A stretch of 64,000 bases of DNA from Heteronotia binoei (lineage: Eukaryota). The position numbers were made by a program, and so were the translations under genes. Below are positions 1-12,162 of the stretch, piece after piece. Location of the stretch: NCBI RefSeq assembly GCF_032191835.1, contig NC_083237.1, positions 23,312,001 to 23,376,000 of the forward strand, given 5' to 3'. The notes beneath the pieces are model-generated. The model was not told the DNA's origin. It did no database searches and saw nothing but the letters and a program-made list of their open reading frames with translations. Position 1 is the first letter of the stretch, and the number at the start of each line of letters is the position of its first letter.

Positions 1-2939
1 AGTATTGAAACCTGAATCAATAATAAAACCTATAGATACCAATAAATTTGACAGCAGCATTATGGAACAGAAAATATTTTCCCTGCTCTTTAAGACCCTA
101 ATAATTGGATGCTGGCACCTTAAAGTGTGGAATATTTTGACCTAACAATCACTCCCCATCCCATCCCCCGCAATTTCACTCTCCTAGTTCACCGGGTTAA
201 TTAAACCAGAAAAAGGTGTTTATCTGCTTGCTCTTTTTAAGCAGTAATTAACATGTTGAGTTCAATGGGCCTTCTTCCTAAAATTATAGCATTAATCACA
301 TTTGTGTTCAGAGTTGCCACTAACAGTGTGTAAAGGTAGATTTTCCCCATTCATTCAATATATGCTCCCACGATCCTGTGATGATCTTGGGTTTTCTGCT
401 CAATACTGAATTAACTAGAAGTGTTTTCACTTCAAAATGTAGCCATATCTCTACCACTCCACTTACTAAACCCTTTGACTAAGGAAAAATCCACCCATTT
501 GTTGTAAACCACCCGGGTAATATGAACTTGGGGGGGGGGGACAATTGAAGAGTGTTAATTAAAATAACAATTCATTGGTCATAGGTGAGTTTAACAAAAA
601 TAGGAGGCTTAAGTATTTAACACTAATTTGTGTTAAATCAATCCTGTCAGCAAAACTGGGTGGCTACAGTGTGCTAAAGAGGCAACAGATTTGTGTTGTA
701 AGATCTTGTGGAGGAAAAGGAGAGTTGAAAACACCTCAGGGAAGTCATAATGTGCGTTAAGTGATTTTTGTGAATGCCAGCCTCCCTCCTCCCTTGTTTT
801 ACTGCAGAAGGCTGCGTCACTTAGCTCCATATTTTACACATTAAGCTTAGCCTTGGTGCTGGGAGGGGGGCAAATGTGCACGGGGAGGGGGGGGGTGTTG
901 GGAACATGCCTGCGGCTAAGATGCAGGGTGCTGGCTGAAGGATGCTGGCAGCCGCTAAAAGGCAGCTCTGGGGTGGGACAGGAGGGGAGTCTGCAACTGA
1001 ATGGCTGAAAGGTCTAGATGAGATGGGCACATCACTCGCATAGCCTTGATGTGACAAGTTCCTCAGTGACAGCCGTGGCCGCCACAGGCGACTGCCAGCG
1101 TGTGAGATCCTGGCAGCTGCTGGCGAGCCATTAATTGCTCTGAACTCGCTCCATTAAGAAGGCCAGCTGCCTCGTAGGCCTTGTGGGCCCAGCCATTCAC
1201 CACCACCACCACTCCATGTAAAACAGCAAATTTCTACCCCCACTGAATAGAAAGCCTTGCTGAACCAACTATTTCTGAATGTTCCCACCCAACCCCTCAT
1301 CCACTCAACCAGCCAGCAGCTCAAAATTTAAAAAACAGCTGTCTCTGGGGTGGGGCAGCCGCCCCCTCGTGAAATGGCAAAAGAGACACGTTTGTGGAAA
1401 ATATCACTATGATCTCACAGCACACGTTCCGCATGTCCTTGGGACCTGCACGCACGTGCGTGTATGTGTGTGTGGGGTATGTTGCTTACTTTCCCCCTAA
1501 ATTAAAGGGGGGGCACACTTTCAAAATGGGACAGGAGGGGGGCACAGTAAGCTCCAAACCCCAGGAAGATCTGGAAAAATTCCTCCCTCTCATTTTGTCA
1601 GTTCCTGCAGGGACATTCTTTGTTTATAACTCCTCTGCTGCTTAATTCTCTTCTAGGCCCAGCCTTCCACACAACCCTCCACCACCATTCTGCCCCACGG
1701 CATCTTTGTCACCCCATGTCTTCCTTCTCTGCTCCCACAATACTTTATTGCCTGATGGGCCTTGAGCCTGCAGCCTCCTGCCCACCCCCACCCCGGCACC
1801 TCAAAATATGCCCAGGCTTTTGCACCTCAAAATATGCCCACCCCCATCATACCACACCAGCAAGCACATTTGCAAAGCTTCACTAGAGTGATTATGTGAT
1901 AGCATCTCCTTCCCATCCATTCCCTTCTTGTCATTCGGAGCAGCTCTCTCCTTCCTTTTGTAACCTTGCATTCTACCCTCCCCCAAAGCATAGGATGCTG
2001 CACACTTATCATGAGCCCATCTCTTTCAATTGGGCATCTCCTTTTCCTAATCCTGTACCAAAAAACCCACCTTCTTTTATTAATGGCCAGTTCTCTTGGG
2101 CTGGGATTCTATGCTGCACAGAATTATGCCTCCTTTAAATGTGTGATTCCTGAATCTTTTTCCCTTTGCATACACCCACATTTTCGACAGCTCCTTTTCT
2201 CCGTGGCACCCAGTAACATCTCTTTGCACCCTGATTCTGTGACCTCCATGTTGCAAAATCCATCACCACTTTCCTCCCAATCCATGTGTGGTACTCATAT
2301 CAATAAACCCCCCTTCCCACCCTAGGATGAGCTCCTCATTTCTGCTTCTCTGGCAACATATTCTGCGACAGTATGACTGACAACCCCTACTTTCTCAGCC
2401 ATCTCTCCTTTTCAAATCTGTTTCCCTTCACAGGGTTGAAGGGAAACATACTAAGAAGCAAAATTAAAGATCACGCTCTCTACACCACCTCTGTCATCTT
2501 TTTAAACCTCATCACCGTTTTTCCTCCTAGCAGCACCCCAGATTGGCGCATTCAGCTCCTCTGGTCTCTCCTCCCTGCTACGCATTTTCAAAAAGGGTAC
2601 CCCCCCCCCCCTCAGCCCTGGGCACCCAATTTTCCATCCCCTCATCTTTAAAACATCACTGGCAAGCACCTCCAATCCTGACACCCTTACCCTCTCTCCC
2701 CAACCTCGTTGCCATTGCTGTATTAAAACAGATTGGTCCTCATGCAGTGAAGACAATATATATATGTATGTATTATTTCCAAATGGCACATTCAGAAATG
2801 CATGTTTCAAAGTCTGCAACACCAGGTCCACCACATACCCAACCTGCCATTTACTCTGTGCCTGGGAGTGGGAAATGTATTTGCTTTCACCATTCCCCCC
2901 CTCCCCCCGCCTCCAGCGCTAAAAACACTCTCTATTTTG

Positions 2940-4300
2940 CAAGCAAAATGCAACAAGCCCGTTCCGTTTCGGGAGCCACCCCAGCCCCTTTGCCCGCTTA
3001 CCTTGGAGCGGAGGAACGGAACAAAGCAACAGAAGGACGAGCATTTTGGACGCGGCTTTTTCCCAACAGCCCATTTTGGATTTCTTCTAGACCTGCAGAA
3101 TACCTCGCCTGGCTATTTCCTTCTCCTGCCAGGCAAGGGAGCCGTGGAGTCAGGAGTCTGCTTTGCAAATGAAAACGCAGTAGATTCCTTTGCAGCGGCT
3201 CTGCCTGTATTTTTTTTTGTCCCCCTCACCCCACTTTGGAAAGGATTTTTGGAGGCTATATTTCAGAAATATGCAACTGACTGTCTCTGGAGAACAAAGC
3301 CCTGCTGCGTATGAATTCTTGCTCTTTTGCAAAACCTACAACACTTAATCTTTCTCTCTCTCTCTTCAATGAAAAATGCTATAGATCTCTTTCTTCATAT
3401 AAAATTCTCCCCCCCCCCTTTTTTTAAGACGAGGCAGCAAGACCCCGCTTCATTTTTGCGTCGAGGCCCCCCTTTCGCAGTCTCTCTTCCCCTCTCTCAC
3501 GGCTGGTCAAAAGGATCCAACCACCTAAGCTCACTTGGACAGAGGAAATATACGGTGAAGAGACTGGGGGGTGGGAGCGCTTTGCATATCAAAAAAGGCA
3601 CCGGCTCTGGGGTCTCTCGCCAGGAGGAACGAGCTGTCTTTCCGCAAAACAAAATGTGCTACCTAGAAACTCGCCGGCAGGACCTGTAGGCAAGCTCCCC
3701 CCCCACCCCGGCTTCTATTCGCCCACTTTAAATAAAAGTCACCTATAGATTCCTGTCGTTCCAAGGAGTGTTCAATGTATTGTCCCTAGCCCGCAATTTC
3801 TCCCGCCCCAGCTTTGCCAAAGCAATACGTCTGCTCCTTTGCAAAGAATAAAACAGGAATCATTCCAATAAGCTGGAAACTGTCGTTTTAAAAAAATAAA
3901 TAAATGGGGGGAAACCTGGTCTCTTTCTCTCTCTCCCTCTCTATATCTAGCCAGCCTTGACAAACGCAAGGCAAGTGACGGCAGCGTGTGCCTGGGCAAA
4001 ACCTACGCAGCTGGGCGCTGGGCTCTGGGCTCCTCGGCTAGCCTTTTTGCAGAATGTCGACTGTGGGTTCCCCACCCCCACCCGAGCTCGGTACGATTTG
4101 CCAAGGCAGCCAAGGAAAACCCGTTACTTGCCCTGAACACAAAACCTCTGTCTGGCATGTACCACAGCCCTGAGGTAAAAAGGCAAGCTTTTCAATTTAC
4201 AAAACAACAACTTAGCACTCTCAGTTTCCTCGCACAACCTGAGCACGAAGGCTTTTGTTTGAGGGGAGAAAAACCTGCCAATGGAGTCATTTGCAAATCC
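2940..4300. promoter_or_regulatory. SEZ6L2 5' UTR/promoter region, possibly bidirectional towards ASPHD1
   Basis: Locally CpG-enriched sequence around and upstream of SEZ6L2 exon 1, with repeated TTTGCA(AA) motifs and a candidate + strand donor GAG|gtaaaa at 4174/4175. Confidence 0.4.
3002..3074 (-). CDS. SEZ6L2: SEZ6L2 coding exon 1 (signal peptide); remaining exons lie left of or outside the window
   Basis: Minus strand ATG at 3074 reads MGCWEKAASKMLVLLLLCSVPPLQ+G, then donor CAAG|gtaagc (phase 1). It resembles human SEZ6L2 exon 1 (...QLLFLILLSCPWIQG) and is head-to-head with ASPHD1 as in human. Confidence 0.75.
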
Positions 4301-4642
4301 CCTGAGGACTAGAATTTGGAGAGGAAACAAATGAAAAGAAGCCCATTTTGCTTGATTGCACAAAAGTTAATGGTGAGCGCTTAGGCGGTGTTTGGAGCTG
4401 CAAAATGTCTGGGTTCCAAACACAACAGGGCCCCTAGCTTCATCCATTTGTTGAAAAGCAATGTGGCACCTGCCAAGTATGGAAGAAGTCATCACCTTGC
4501 AAATTCAGGGCAAGCATCCAAGCCAAAGCAAAGGGCTTTAGTCAGCACACACCGTTCTCTCTGGGCCAGCTTAAGAGCAGGCCTCAGACCTTGCAGGCGT
4601 AGTCCAGGCCCCCAAATCTTGATACACTTTCGCCATCTAGGC

Positions 4643-5035
4643 CACGGGTGGCCAAACTTGCGTAATGTAAGAACCACTCAGAATAAATGTTAGATGTTTG
4701 AGAGCNNNNNNNNNNNNNNNNNNNNNNNNNNNNNNNNNNNNNNNNNNNNNNNNNNNNNNNNNNNNNNNNNNNNNNNNNNNNNNNNNNNNNNNNNNNNNNN
4801 NNNNNNNNNNNNNNNNNNNNNNNNNNNNNNNNNNNNNNNNNNNNNNNNNAGTGGAAAGAAATCAATTTAACTTTAAATGCATTCTCCAAGTTGCCACTGG
4901 CCTGGCTTGGATAAGTGATTTAAAGAGAGAAATGCTTTCTCCAAGCTGACTGACAGGGCAGTGGGGGCTTTGAAAGCCACACAATATGTGTGAAAGAACC
5001 ACATGTGGCTCCCACGCCATAGTTTGGCCACCCCG
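4643..5035. mobile_element. Non-autonomous hAT element (MITE), TIR ~CAGGGGTGGCCAAACT
   Basis: TIRs at both ends; 8-bp TSD ATCTAGGC at 4635-4642 and 5036-5043; contains the N gap. Confidence 0.85.
4706..4849. other. Assembly gap (144 N)
   Basis: Run of N in the sequence. Confidence 1.
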
Positions 5036-5111
5036 ATCTAGGCCAAAGCACGCCTGCATATTGTGCAATGCTCCAGGGTTTCTTTTTCTTGTTTTAAAGC
5101 CCAGATTCTTT

Positions 5112-5345
5112 TAAGACATAAGAACATAAGAAAAGGCATGTTGGATCAGGCCAATGGCCCATTCAATCCAACACTCTGTTCCACACAGTGGCCAAAAAAA
5201 ACAGGTGCCATCAGGAGGTCCATCTGTGGGGCCAGGACACTAGAAGCCCTCCCACTGTGCTCCCCCCCCCCCCCGCCCCAGCACCAAAAATACAGAGCAT
5301 CACTGCCCCAGACAGAGAGTTCCAACAATATGCTGTACAGGAAAA
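5112..5345 (-). mobile_element. CR1 LINE 3' end fragment
   Basis: Starts with (A)CATAAGAACATAAGAA, the reverse complement of the CR1 TTCTTATG tail, followed by typical CR1 3' UTR sequence. Confidence 0.7.
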
Positions 5346-6443
5346 ATACAGCCTTAGTTATTGTCTGTTGTTTACCAAGCTGTTTTTACTTTTGCCTTCC
5401 TTTCTATCATTTCTAGTGGCCATTTTCCCCTCAACCCCACACCCATATGTCTCTCCTCATTGCAGTGAGACCTCCCTTCCATCTATAACATCTAGGTAAG
5501 ATCTCACACTCACACACACACACACACACACACACAGAGCCCTCAGCAAGGAGCTGCCCTCTTTCCTCCAGGGATGTTCAAGATGCTGAACAAGAAAGAG
5601 GATCAGGGCAAAAAAGCCTGGCAGTTCCTGACATGGATGGATTGAGGAGGGAAGAGAATTTGTGCAAAGGGCTATGGACAAGGGGGTTTGGGGATGGAGC
5701 GATAGAGGAAGGGGAGGGTTACTGTGGACATAGCAGAAAGGCTCCAGCAACCTTCCTTCACAACAGTTGCTATGGGAGGGTGGTTGCTAAGGGAGGCACT
5801 GTGGTTGCCAGGCAGTTGCTACGCAAGGTACCAGAAGCTGGCAGGGAAGTCGCTAAGGGCAATTCACAGGGAGGTGGCTATGTTTGGGGTTGTGTTGGTG
5901 GAGAGTTTTGGGGCTGGGTGCTGTGCAAGAGGTCCTGGGAAGGGTAATGTGGGTTTTCTTTCATGCTCTGTCCCAGGGAACTTGGAGTTTCTGTAGAAGT
6001 CTATCAGCAGTTCCACAAGGTGAAAGCAGCAAGAGAGCAGAAGCTCCTGCCAAGCACCCCTTGTCTACCATGACAAGCATTGCCCCTACCTCATGCCACT
6101 ATGCGAGTGTGGGGTGGGTTCCTGGCTTGCATGAGGCAGCAGTGAGTCCCTAATGGCATGTCAGCTTGAAGCCAGATTCACACATGCAAACCAGCAAGGT
6201 GGGGATAAGGTGGTTACAATATTCCCTCTAAGCTGTGGAGTCTTGGGAGCAAAAACTCTTCTTCATGAGCTACTGCCATTAAAGCTGTGAGAAAGCAATT
6301 TGGCTACTGCATAAATTAGTTTGCTCTGGGGCCATTCTTCCTGAGCTAAGGCAAAAATGTGTGAGCTGGAGGTTAAAACACTGTGAGCTAGTTCACATTA
6401 ATAGAGGGATCCAAGAGGGCAGCCGTCTTGGTCTGAAGCAGTT

Positions 6444-6660
6444 GAACAAAGCAGGAGTCAAGTTTCACCTTTAAGACCAACCAAGTTTTATTGAGAACGT
6501 AAGCTTTCGTGTACTCTCTAAGCACACTTCATCAGATAAGGGGATCAGACAATACCTGATCCCCTCGTCTGATGAAGTGTGCTTAGAGAGCACACGAAAG
6601 CTTACGTTCGCAATAAAACTTGGTTGGTTTTAAAGGTGAAACTTGACTCCTGCTTTGTTC
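6444..6660. mobile_element. Penelope-like element terminal fragments in inverted (fold-back) arrangement, with hammerhead-like motif
   Basis: Near-perfect 105-nt inverted arms 6444-6548 and 6556-6660. The right arm has CTGATGA-A-stem-GAAA. Related fragments at ~12688-12829, ~20625-20750, ~23750-23830, ~24595-24710, ~39770-39850, ~41005-41080. Confidence 0.65.
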
Positions 6661-6983
6661 ATCTTAGAGGGAACACTGGTTACAAGGCTGAGGAGGTAGA
6701 ACAGACTGTACCACTCAGACTAGGGGATTCCAGCTATGAATGTTGCTTCATTTTTACAACCCCCCCAAAAATCCATGAAAACAAAATACCTCACAGGAAG
6801 GAGAATATTCTACCCCCACTCTTACTCTGCTGGTTTTCTGTTTGGAAGGAAGATTTAGCAGAGGAGAGCATTCCAAAATCTGTTTGACAGCCTGAGGTGG
6901 TACAGTCCTTCCTAATCCCTGCCCCATCAGCAGATTTCTACCATCTCATCCCTATCTCACTCGCTTGCTAGATAAGCCTGGCC

Positions 6984-7976
6984 CAGGAGTGGCCAAACTG
7001 TGGCTTGGGAGTCACATGCAGCTCTTTCATACATATTATGTGACTCCCAAAGGTCAAGGAGAAACTTAATGCAGGTTTACTTTCAAGTAAGCATATTTAG
7101 CATCAGCCAGCCTCTGAGCTCTGACCCATAGGCAGAAGAAAAAGATGATACTGGATTTATATCCCGCCCTCCACTCTGAAGCTCAGAGTCTCAGAGCAGC
7201 TCACAGTCTCCTTTATCTTCCTCCCGCACAACAGACACCCTGTGAGGTGGGTGGGGCTCAGAGGACTCTCACAGCAGCTGCCCTTTCAAGGACAACCTCT
7301 GCCAGAGCTATGACTGACCCAAGGCCATTCCAGCAGGTGCAAGTGGAGGAGTGGGGAATCAAACCTAGTTCTCCCAGATAAGAGTCTGCACACTTAACTA
7401 CTACACCAAACTGGCACCAAATAGGCAACTATTTTAGCCATGTGCGAAACAGGGAAGGAGCGAATGTAGGGAGGCTTGCAAGCTCTTCTCCTCTACCACA
7501 GAAGTCACCTGGAGACAGAGAAAGAGAGGGCAAGAGCTGAGGGAGCCACTGGAAGGAGGGACAGAATTAAGGAGGGTGGCGCAAGGTTTTCCCTTCGTTT
7601 CTTAGCTCTTGTAGGAGCTGCATTTACTAACTTTGGTGTCAAGGCAAAGAGAGATGCATAATGATGCAAACGGTGATCAGTCATTTATATGGTACGTGTG
7701 TGTTTCTTTTTCCCATGTGCCAAAAAATAATTCCCTAACCTTTCCCTGTGCTGGTCTTGTGGGGACTGTTATTCCCAGAATTTGTTTTTTTTAAGTTTCC
7801 TTCTAGCATGGTTGTGTTGTAAAGTGCATAAATATGTATTTTATCTTTCAGTGCAAAGAAAATATTAAGAGTTTTAATAAAGACATGTGCGTAATATTTG
7901 TTCATACCTTGCAGCTCTCAGACATCTTACATTTATTCTGCATGGCTCTTACGTTAAGGAAGTTTGGCCACCCCTG
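6984..7976. mobile_element. ~1-kb non-autonomous hAT element with nested SINE
   Basis: TIRs CAGGAGTGGCCAAACT / AGTTTGGCCACCCCTG; 8-bp TSD GCCTGGCC at 6976-6983 and 7977-7984. Confidence 0.85.
7136..7415 (-). mobile_element. tRNA-derived squamate SINE (Squam3-like) with L2-type tail
   Basis: Reverse complement begins GCCAGTTTGGTGTAGTAGTTAAGTG and ends ...GGGCGGGATATAAATCC. Homologous to copies at 15700, 21652 and 51922. Confidence 0.75.
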
Positions 7977-8042
7977 GCCTGGCCTAAGTACGCACCCTAG
8001 GAAACTTCCCCCAGTCCTCTGGCATACAGAAAGGATTCCCTC

Positions 8043-8489
8043 AAGGGGTAATTTTGTAGAAAAAGAGGTGCTGGAGCTCATTTGCACAACTCATTTGCAT
8101 ATGCCACTCATCCCTGACATCACCAGAAGGTGTACTTAAAAATTATATCAGCTCAGCATTTACCTTCAAATGCTTCTTGAATTATAATTGTCATAATAAA
8201 ACCTTATGTCCATCATGCTTTCAAATTTACTTTCTCCTATGTGGCCACAGTGGCATGATGAAGATTTCTATCTGGCAGCTTTATATGTTTTGGTTATTTC
8301 CCCTTTTTTGTGGGGGGGGGGGGAAATGTTAGAAAGTTTGTCAAATCTGAAGAGTTCAGCAAAATTCTCACAGGGGGTTTGAACAATGGAAGCAAGTATC
8401 TGGGGGGGGGGCGCGGAAAGAAAGAGCACAATTAAATTTAGAGGTTCTGGAGCTCTGCTTCTGTGAGCTCCTGCCCATAATGAGGCCTA
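8043..8489. mobile_element. hAT-like MITE (second family)
   Basis: Highly similar to the TSD-flanked copy at 18205-18654. Confidence 0.7.
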
Positions 8490-9493
8490 CTGAAGGCAAA
8501 GAGTTTGAAAACCACTGATTTTTCAAGATGCAGTTTGCTACAGTGGTTCTGTCCCTATAGGCTAGCCGGCCAGCCAGTACCTAAAAGCTTTTGCGGATTG
8601 CTGGAAATATTTCTACACAAACTTCTGAAAGTACCTTAATGTTACGCCCCAACTTAATAGAGTTGCCAGCTGGGGAAATTCTTGGAGATTTGAGAGTAGA
8701 TGCTTTGGGAAAGGGAAAGAACTCATTGGAGTATAATGCCATACAGTTTGCCCTCCAAAACACCCACTTTCTCCACAAGAACTGATCAAGAGATTAGTTG
8801 TAATTTGGTGAGATCACGAGGCCCCACCGAGAGGTTGGCAACCCTAGAAGATATATTTTCCTCCTCTCTCCCCCTTTTTGTCTTTAACATCTAGACTGAT
8901 TAAGAGTTCTGAAGAACTCAAAGGCTTGTACGCTGTGCTGAGTTACATTTTAATTCAACTTAATACAAGGCATTACATGGCTTTTGTTTTTGGATTTTGC
9001 TATGAAAATGACCCCCAGTTCTGGTTCCCCCCACCTAAAATGGTGACTATTTTTTTAAAGTTGTGTAGAGTGGTTATTACAGGCAAGACACTACAATATT
9101 TGCTAAAGTACAGACTGTAAAGTTGGTGGGGGTGGGAACTGGCAGCAAAGCTGTCGCAGAAAGGATTTATTTGGGGAGCGTCGTTAGGGAATTAGACAGG
9201 ATTTTTACAAATGTAACTGGGAGTTCCTGTGGACCAACATGGCTACATACTTTGATTTTTATTTATTTATTTAATTAGTTATTATTCAAATTTGCATTCA
9301 GCCCTCCCTGCAAGTGGGCTCAGAGCAGATCACAACAGAATGTAAAAACAAATAATAAAATGTAAGAGAAAAAAAAATTAAAACAGTTTAAAAACAGCAT
9401 AAATACATGCAAGAAGGAATTTCCAGCTCGTGCCATTGGTCTCCAAATCTCTTTAGTCTGGGCCGCATGCAGATGTTAGGATTGAGATGAAGT

Positions 9494-9712
9494 TAGGGTT
9501 GCCAGCCTCCAGGTGGGGCCTGGAGACCTCCTGCTTTTCCAACTGATCTCTAGCTGTCAGAGATCAGCTCCCCTGGAGAAAACAGCTGCTTGGAAGGGTG
9601 GACTCTACGGCATTGTACTATGCTGTGACCCCTCCCCTCCCCAAACCCTACCCTCTTCCGGCTCCACCCCCAAAGTCTCCAGATATCTCCCATTGCAGAC
9701 CTGGCAACCTTA
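9494..9712. mobile_element. MITE with TAGGGTTGCCA...TGGCAACCCTA termini (hAT/Blackjack-like)
   Basis: Terminal inverted repeats. Related copies at ~9938-10148, ~14540-14760, 25733-25941, ~51353+, ~57430-57645, ~59282-59500, ~63965-end. Confidence 0.65.
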
Positions 9713-11405
9713 AGCAAAAGATGTGGTCAGTGACTCAAGATGGGTGGGTACCCACTGAGAGAGAGGCAAAAGTTACTTGAGGAAGATCATGGGCGGGCCT
9801 AGAGTTATGGTTGTTCATGCAGTCCTGGGAAACTGCGAGGACTCCTGTGAGTGGCCCCTCTTCCTCTGCGAGATTATTTGGATGGCTCCTTGCTGGGGGC
9901 AGAAGGGGGTTAGAGGAGGGAGTTGGGAGCAATAGGTAGAGTTGCCAACTCCAGGTTGGGAAATTCCTGGAGATTCCGGGGGTGGATACTGAGGAAGGCA
10001 GGGTTTGGGGGGGGAAGAGACCTCAGTGGGGCATAATGTCATAGGGTCCCTCCAAAGAACCATTTTCTCCAGGGGAACTGATCTCTATCACCTGGAGATC
10101 AATTTAATACTAAGAGATCTCCAGACCCTACCTGAAGATTGGCAGTTCTAGTTATCAGGAAAAACCTGGGAAGCGGTAGCAACAATAACTGATGGAGACA
10201 GAGGCTTCAAGGTTACTGTTTGGGTGGAGCTGTTGCTAGATGCGGGGTTGCTAGGCCAGTTGCTAAGGAAGGCGGTTGCTAGGGGGCAGGGATTGCCTCC
10301 TAGATATCGGTGGAAGAGGTGGAGCTGATGAGAGAGCCCATGCTTGCTGCAGCCTGGAGTTGGGGGGGGGGGGTGAGGTTGCCCAAGACTGGCCCTGCCT
10401 GGCAGCACTTCCCCTGCAGGCAGCAGGATCGGTTCTGCAGTTCAGGCCCCCACCAGACATGCAGAAGGGTGGGACACTTTCTCTGTCCTTTGCGGACAAG
10501 TCCCATTTCTGATGTGTTTTAATCCACTCACTTCTGAGTTTTTTTTTGGGGGGGGGAGCAGCTGTTTATCCAAGGTTTCTGTGCCCAGGGGGCTGAGATG
10601 CAGCATCTCTCTGTGGTGGGGGTGGCTCTAGATGCAGCAAGGCCTCTACGGGTGCTGATACGAGGAAGGAGTCTGACGACATCAAAGGGAGGGATGATGA
10701 AGTCGGTGGTGGATGGGAGTGTGTGCGTTGGGGAAGGGGGGGGTCATCCTAATCTTTTCCGGATGACTCTGGCAGGAATACATGCACTGAAAAGCTACGG
10801 AGCAATAGAAGAGGAGAGAGAGGTGGACCAGGGGATAAACAGAGAAGAGGGGGACCATCAGCAGCAAAGAGACAACCTGGCAACGTGGAAGGCAGACCAA
10901 AGTATCAGAAGATGGAGTCCCTGGGAAAGCAGACGAGGAAAGAGGTTGGGACAGATTAGGGATAACATGGGATGGAGGGAATGAAAGCCTAGAGGGAAGC
11001 GGGTACCATTGGGTGGGGGGGGGAGAAAAACTGGGAGAGCAAGTAGGAAAGAGGGAACCCCTGGGATAGAGGAAAGAGGACTGGAAAAATCAGATGAGTG
11101 GAAATGGCTGGATCAGCAGGGGGAAATAGGGAGAGAGAGGAGCTTTGGCAACAGAATACGGCAATGGAGCAGAGAGAACAGGGCGACCGGGGAATGTGGT
11201 GGCAGTGAAAATGACCAAGGAGAGACTGAATTGATGGTGCTTGAAGCCAGAAACAAAACCGTGCTAGAGATGTGAGGAGGAATCGGTGCAGCGGCTGAGC
11301 AAAGTGCAGAGAGAACAACACCCATCCTAGCGCGCTGGGTTAAAAGGGCAAAGAGGGTCAGAAGGGTGCACAGATGCTCATGGAGTGCTCTAAGCCTGCC
11401 TGAAG

Positions 11406-12162
11406 ATGCCCTGTATCATGTCCGACTGGGGTCTCCACGGCCTCCTCTCACCACTCCTCCCTGACACATCATCTTGGAGGCCCCGGCCAGAACCCACCAT
11501 AGCAGTTCTGGGTTCCCTGGTCTTGCTGTTTATTTGGTATTGCTACCGTGTAGGGAGTGGGCAAGCAGCCCCCACATCCCACCAGCAGGGAGTGCCAGCA
11601 GAGGAACGATGCCCTCGCCGTGCCCTCCAGAGCGATGCCGTGAACCAGCGCCTCTATCGCAGCCTGCGAGACTATGCCAAGCGCTACTCGTGGTCTGGCA
11701 TGAACCGGCTGCACAAAGGCATCCGAGACCAGGCCCATTACCAGCTGGGGGAACGGCCCGCTATCCAGAAGCCCAGCGCCTTCTATCTCCCGGATTTGCC
11801 CTCTGCCCCCTACTTCCCCCGAGAGTCCCAGCGCCACGATGTAGAGATCCTCGAACTGAGTTATGCAGCCATCTTGCGCGAATTCGAGAGCATCGCGTGG
11901 GACTTTGCATCCGGAACACCGATACCACGGGGATGGACAGCCAATGCAACCTCTGGCTGGCATAGCTATTACCTCTACCGGCAGGGGGAGTGCATGGCAC
12001 AGAACTGCCGCAGCTGCCCATGGACCTACAGGGCACTCAGTGCCCTACGCACCTTTGTAAGCGCCAATCGCTTTGGAAATGCTTGCTTTAGCGTCCTGCA
12101 ACCGGGAACCGTACTGCCAGGAACGTATGGGCCAACCAACACCAGAGTGCGGTGCCATCTAG
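11406..12162 (+). CDS. ASPHD1: ASPHD1 coding exon 1 (aspartate beta-hydroxylase domain-containing 1; TM anchor and start of catalytic-like domain)
   Basis: Motifs LLFIWYCYRVG, YAKRYSWSGM, LPDLPSAPYFPRESQRHDVEILE, GPTNTRVRCHLG match ASPHD1. In-frame TAA upstream at 11391; donor CTAG|gtgagc, phase 1. Confidence 0.92.

Noticed and set aside
2543-3314. Long + strand ORFs (209 and 170 aa) near the SEZ6L2 promoter
   Set aside because: Low-complexity Pro-rich frames across poly-C tracts, antisense to SEZ6L2 exon 1; no recognisable homology.
11469-12036. Overlapping 164/163/91-aa ORFs within ASPHD1 exon 1
   Set aside because: Shadow frames of a GC-rich coding exon.
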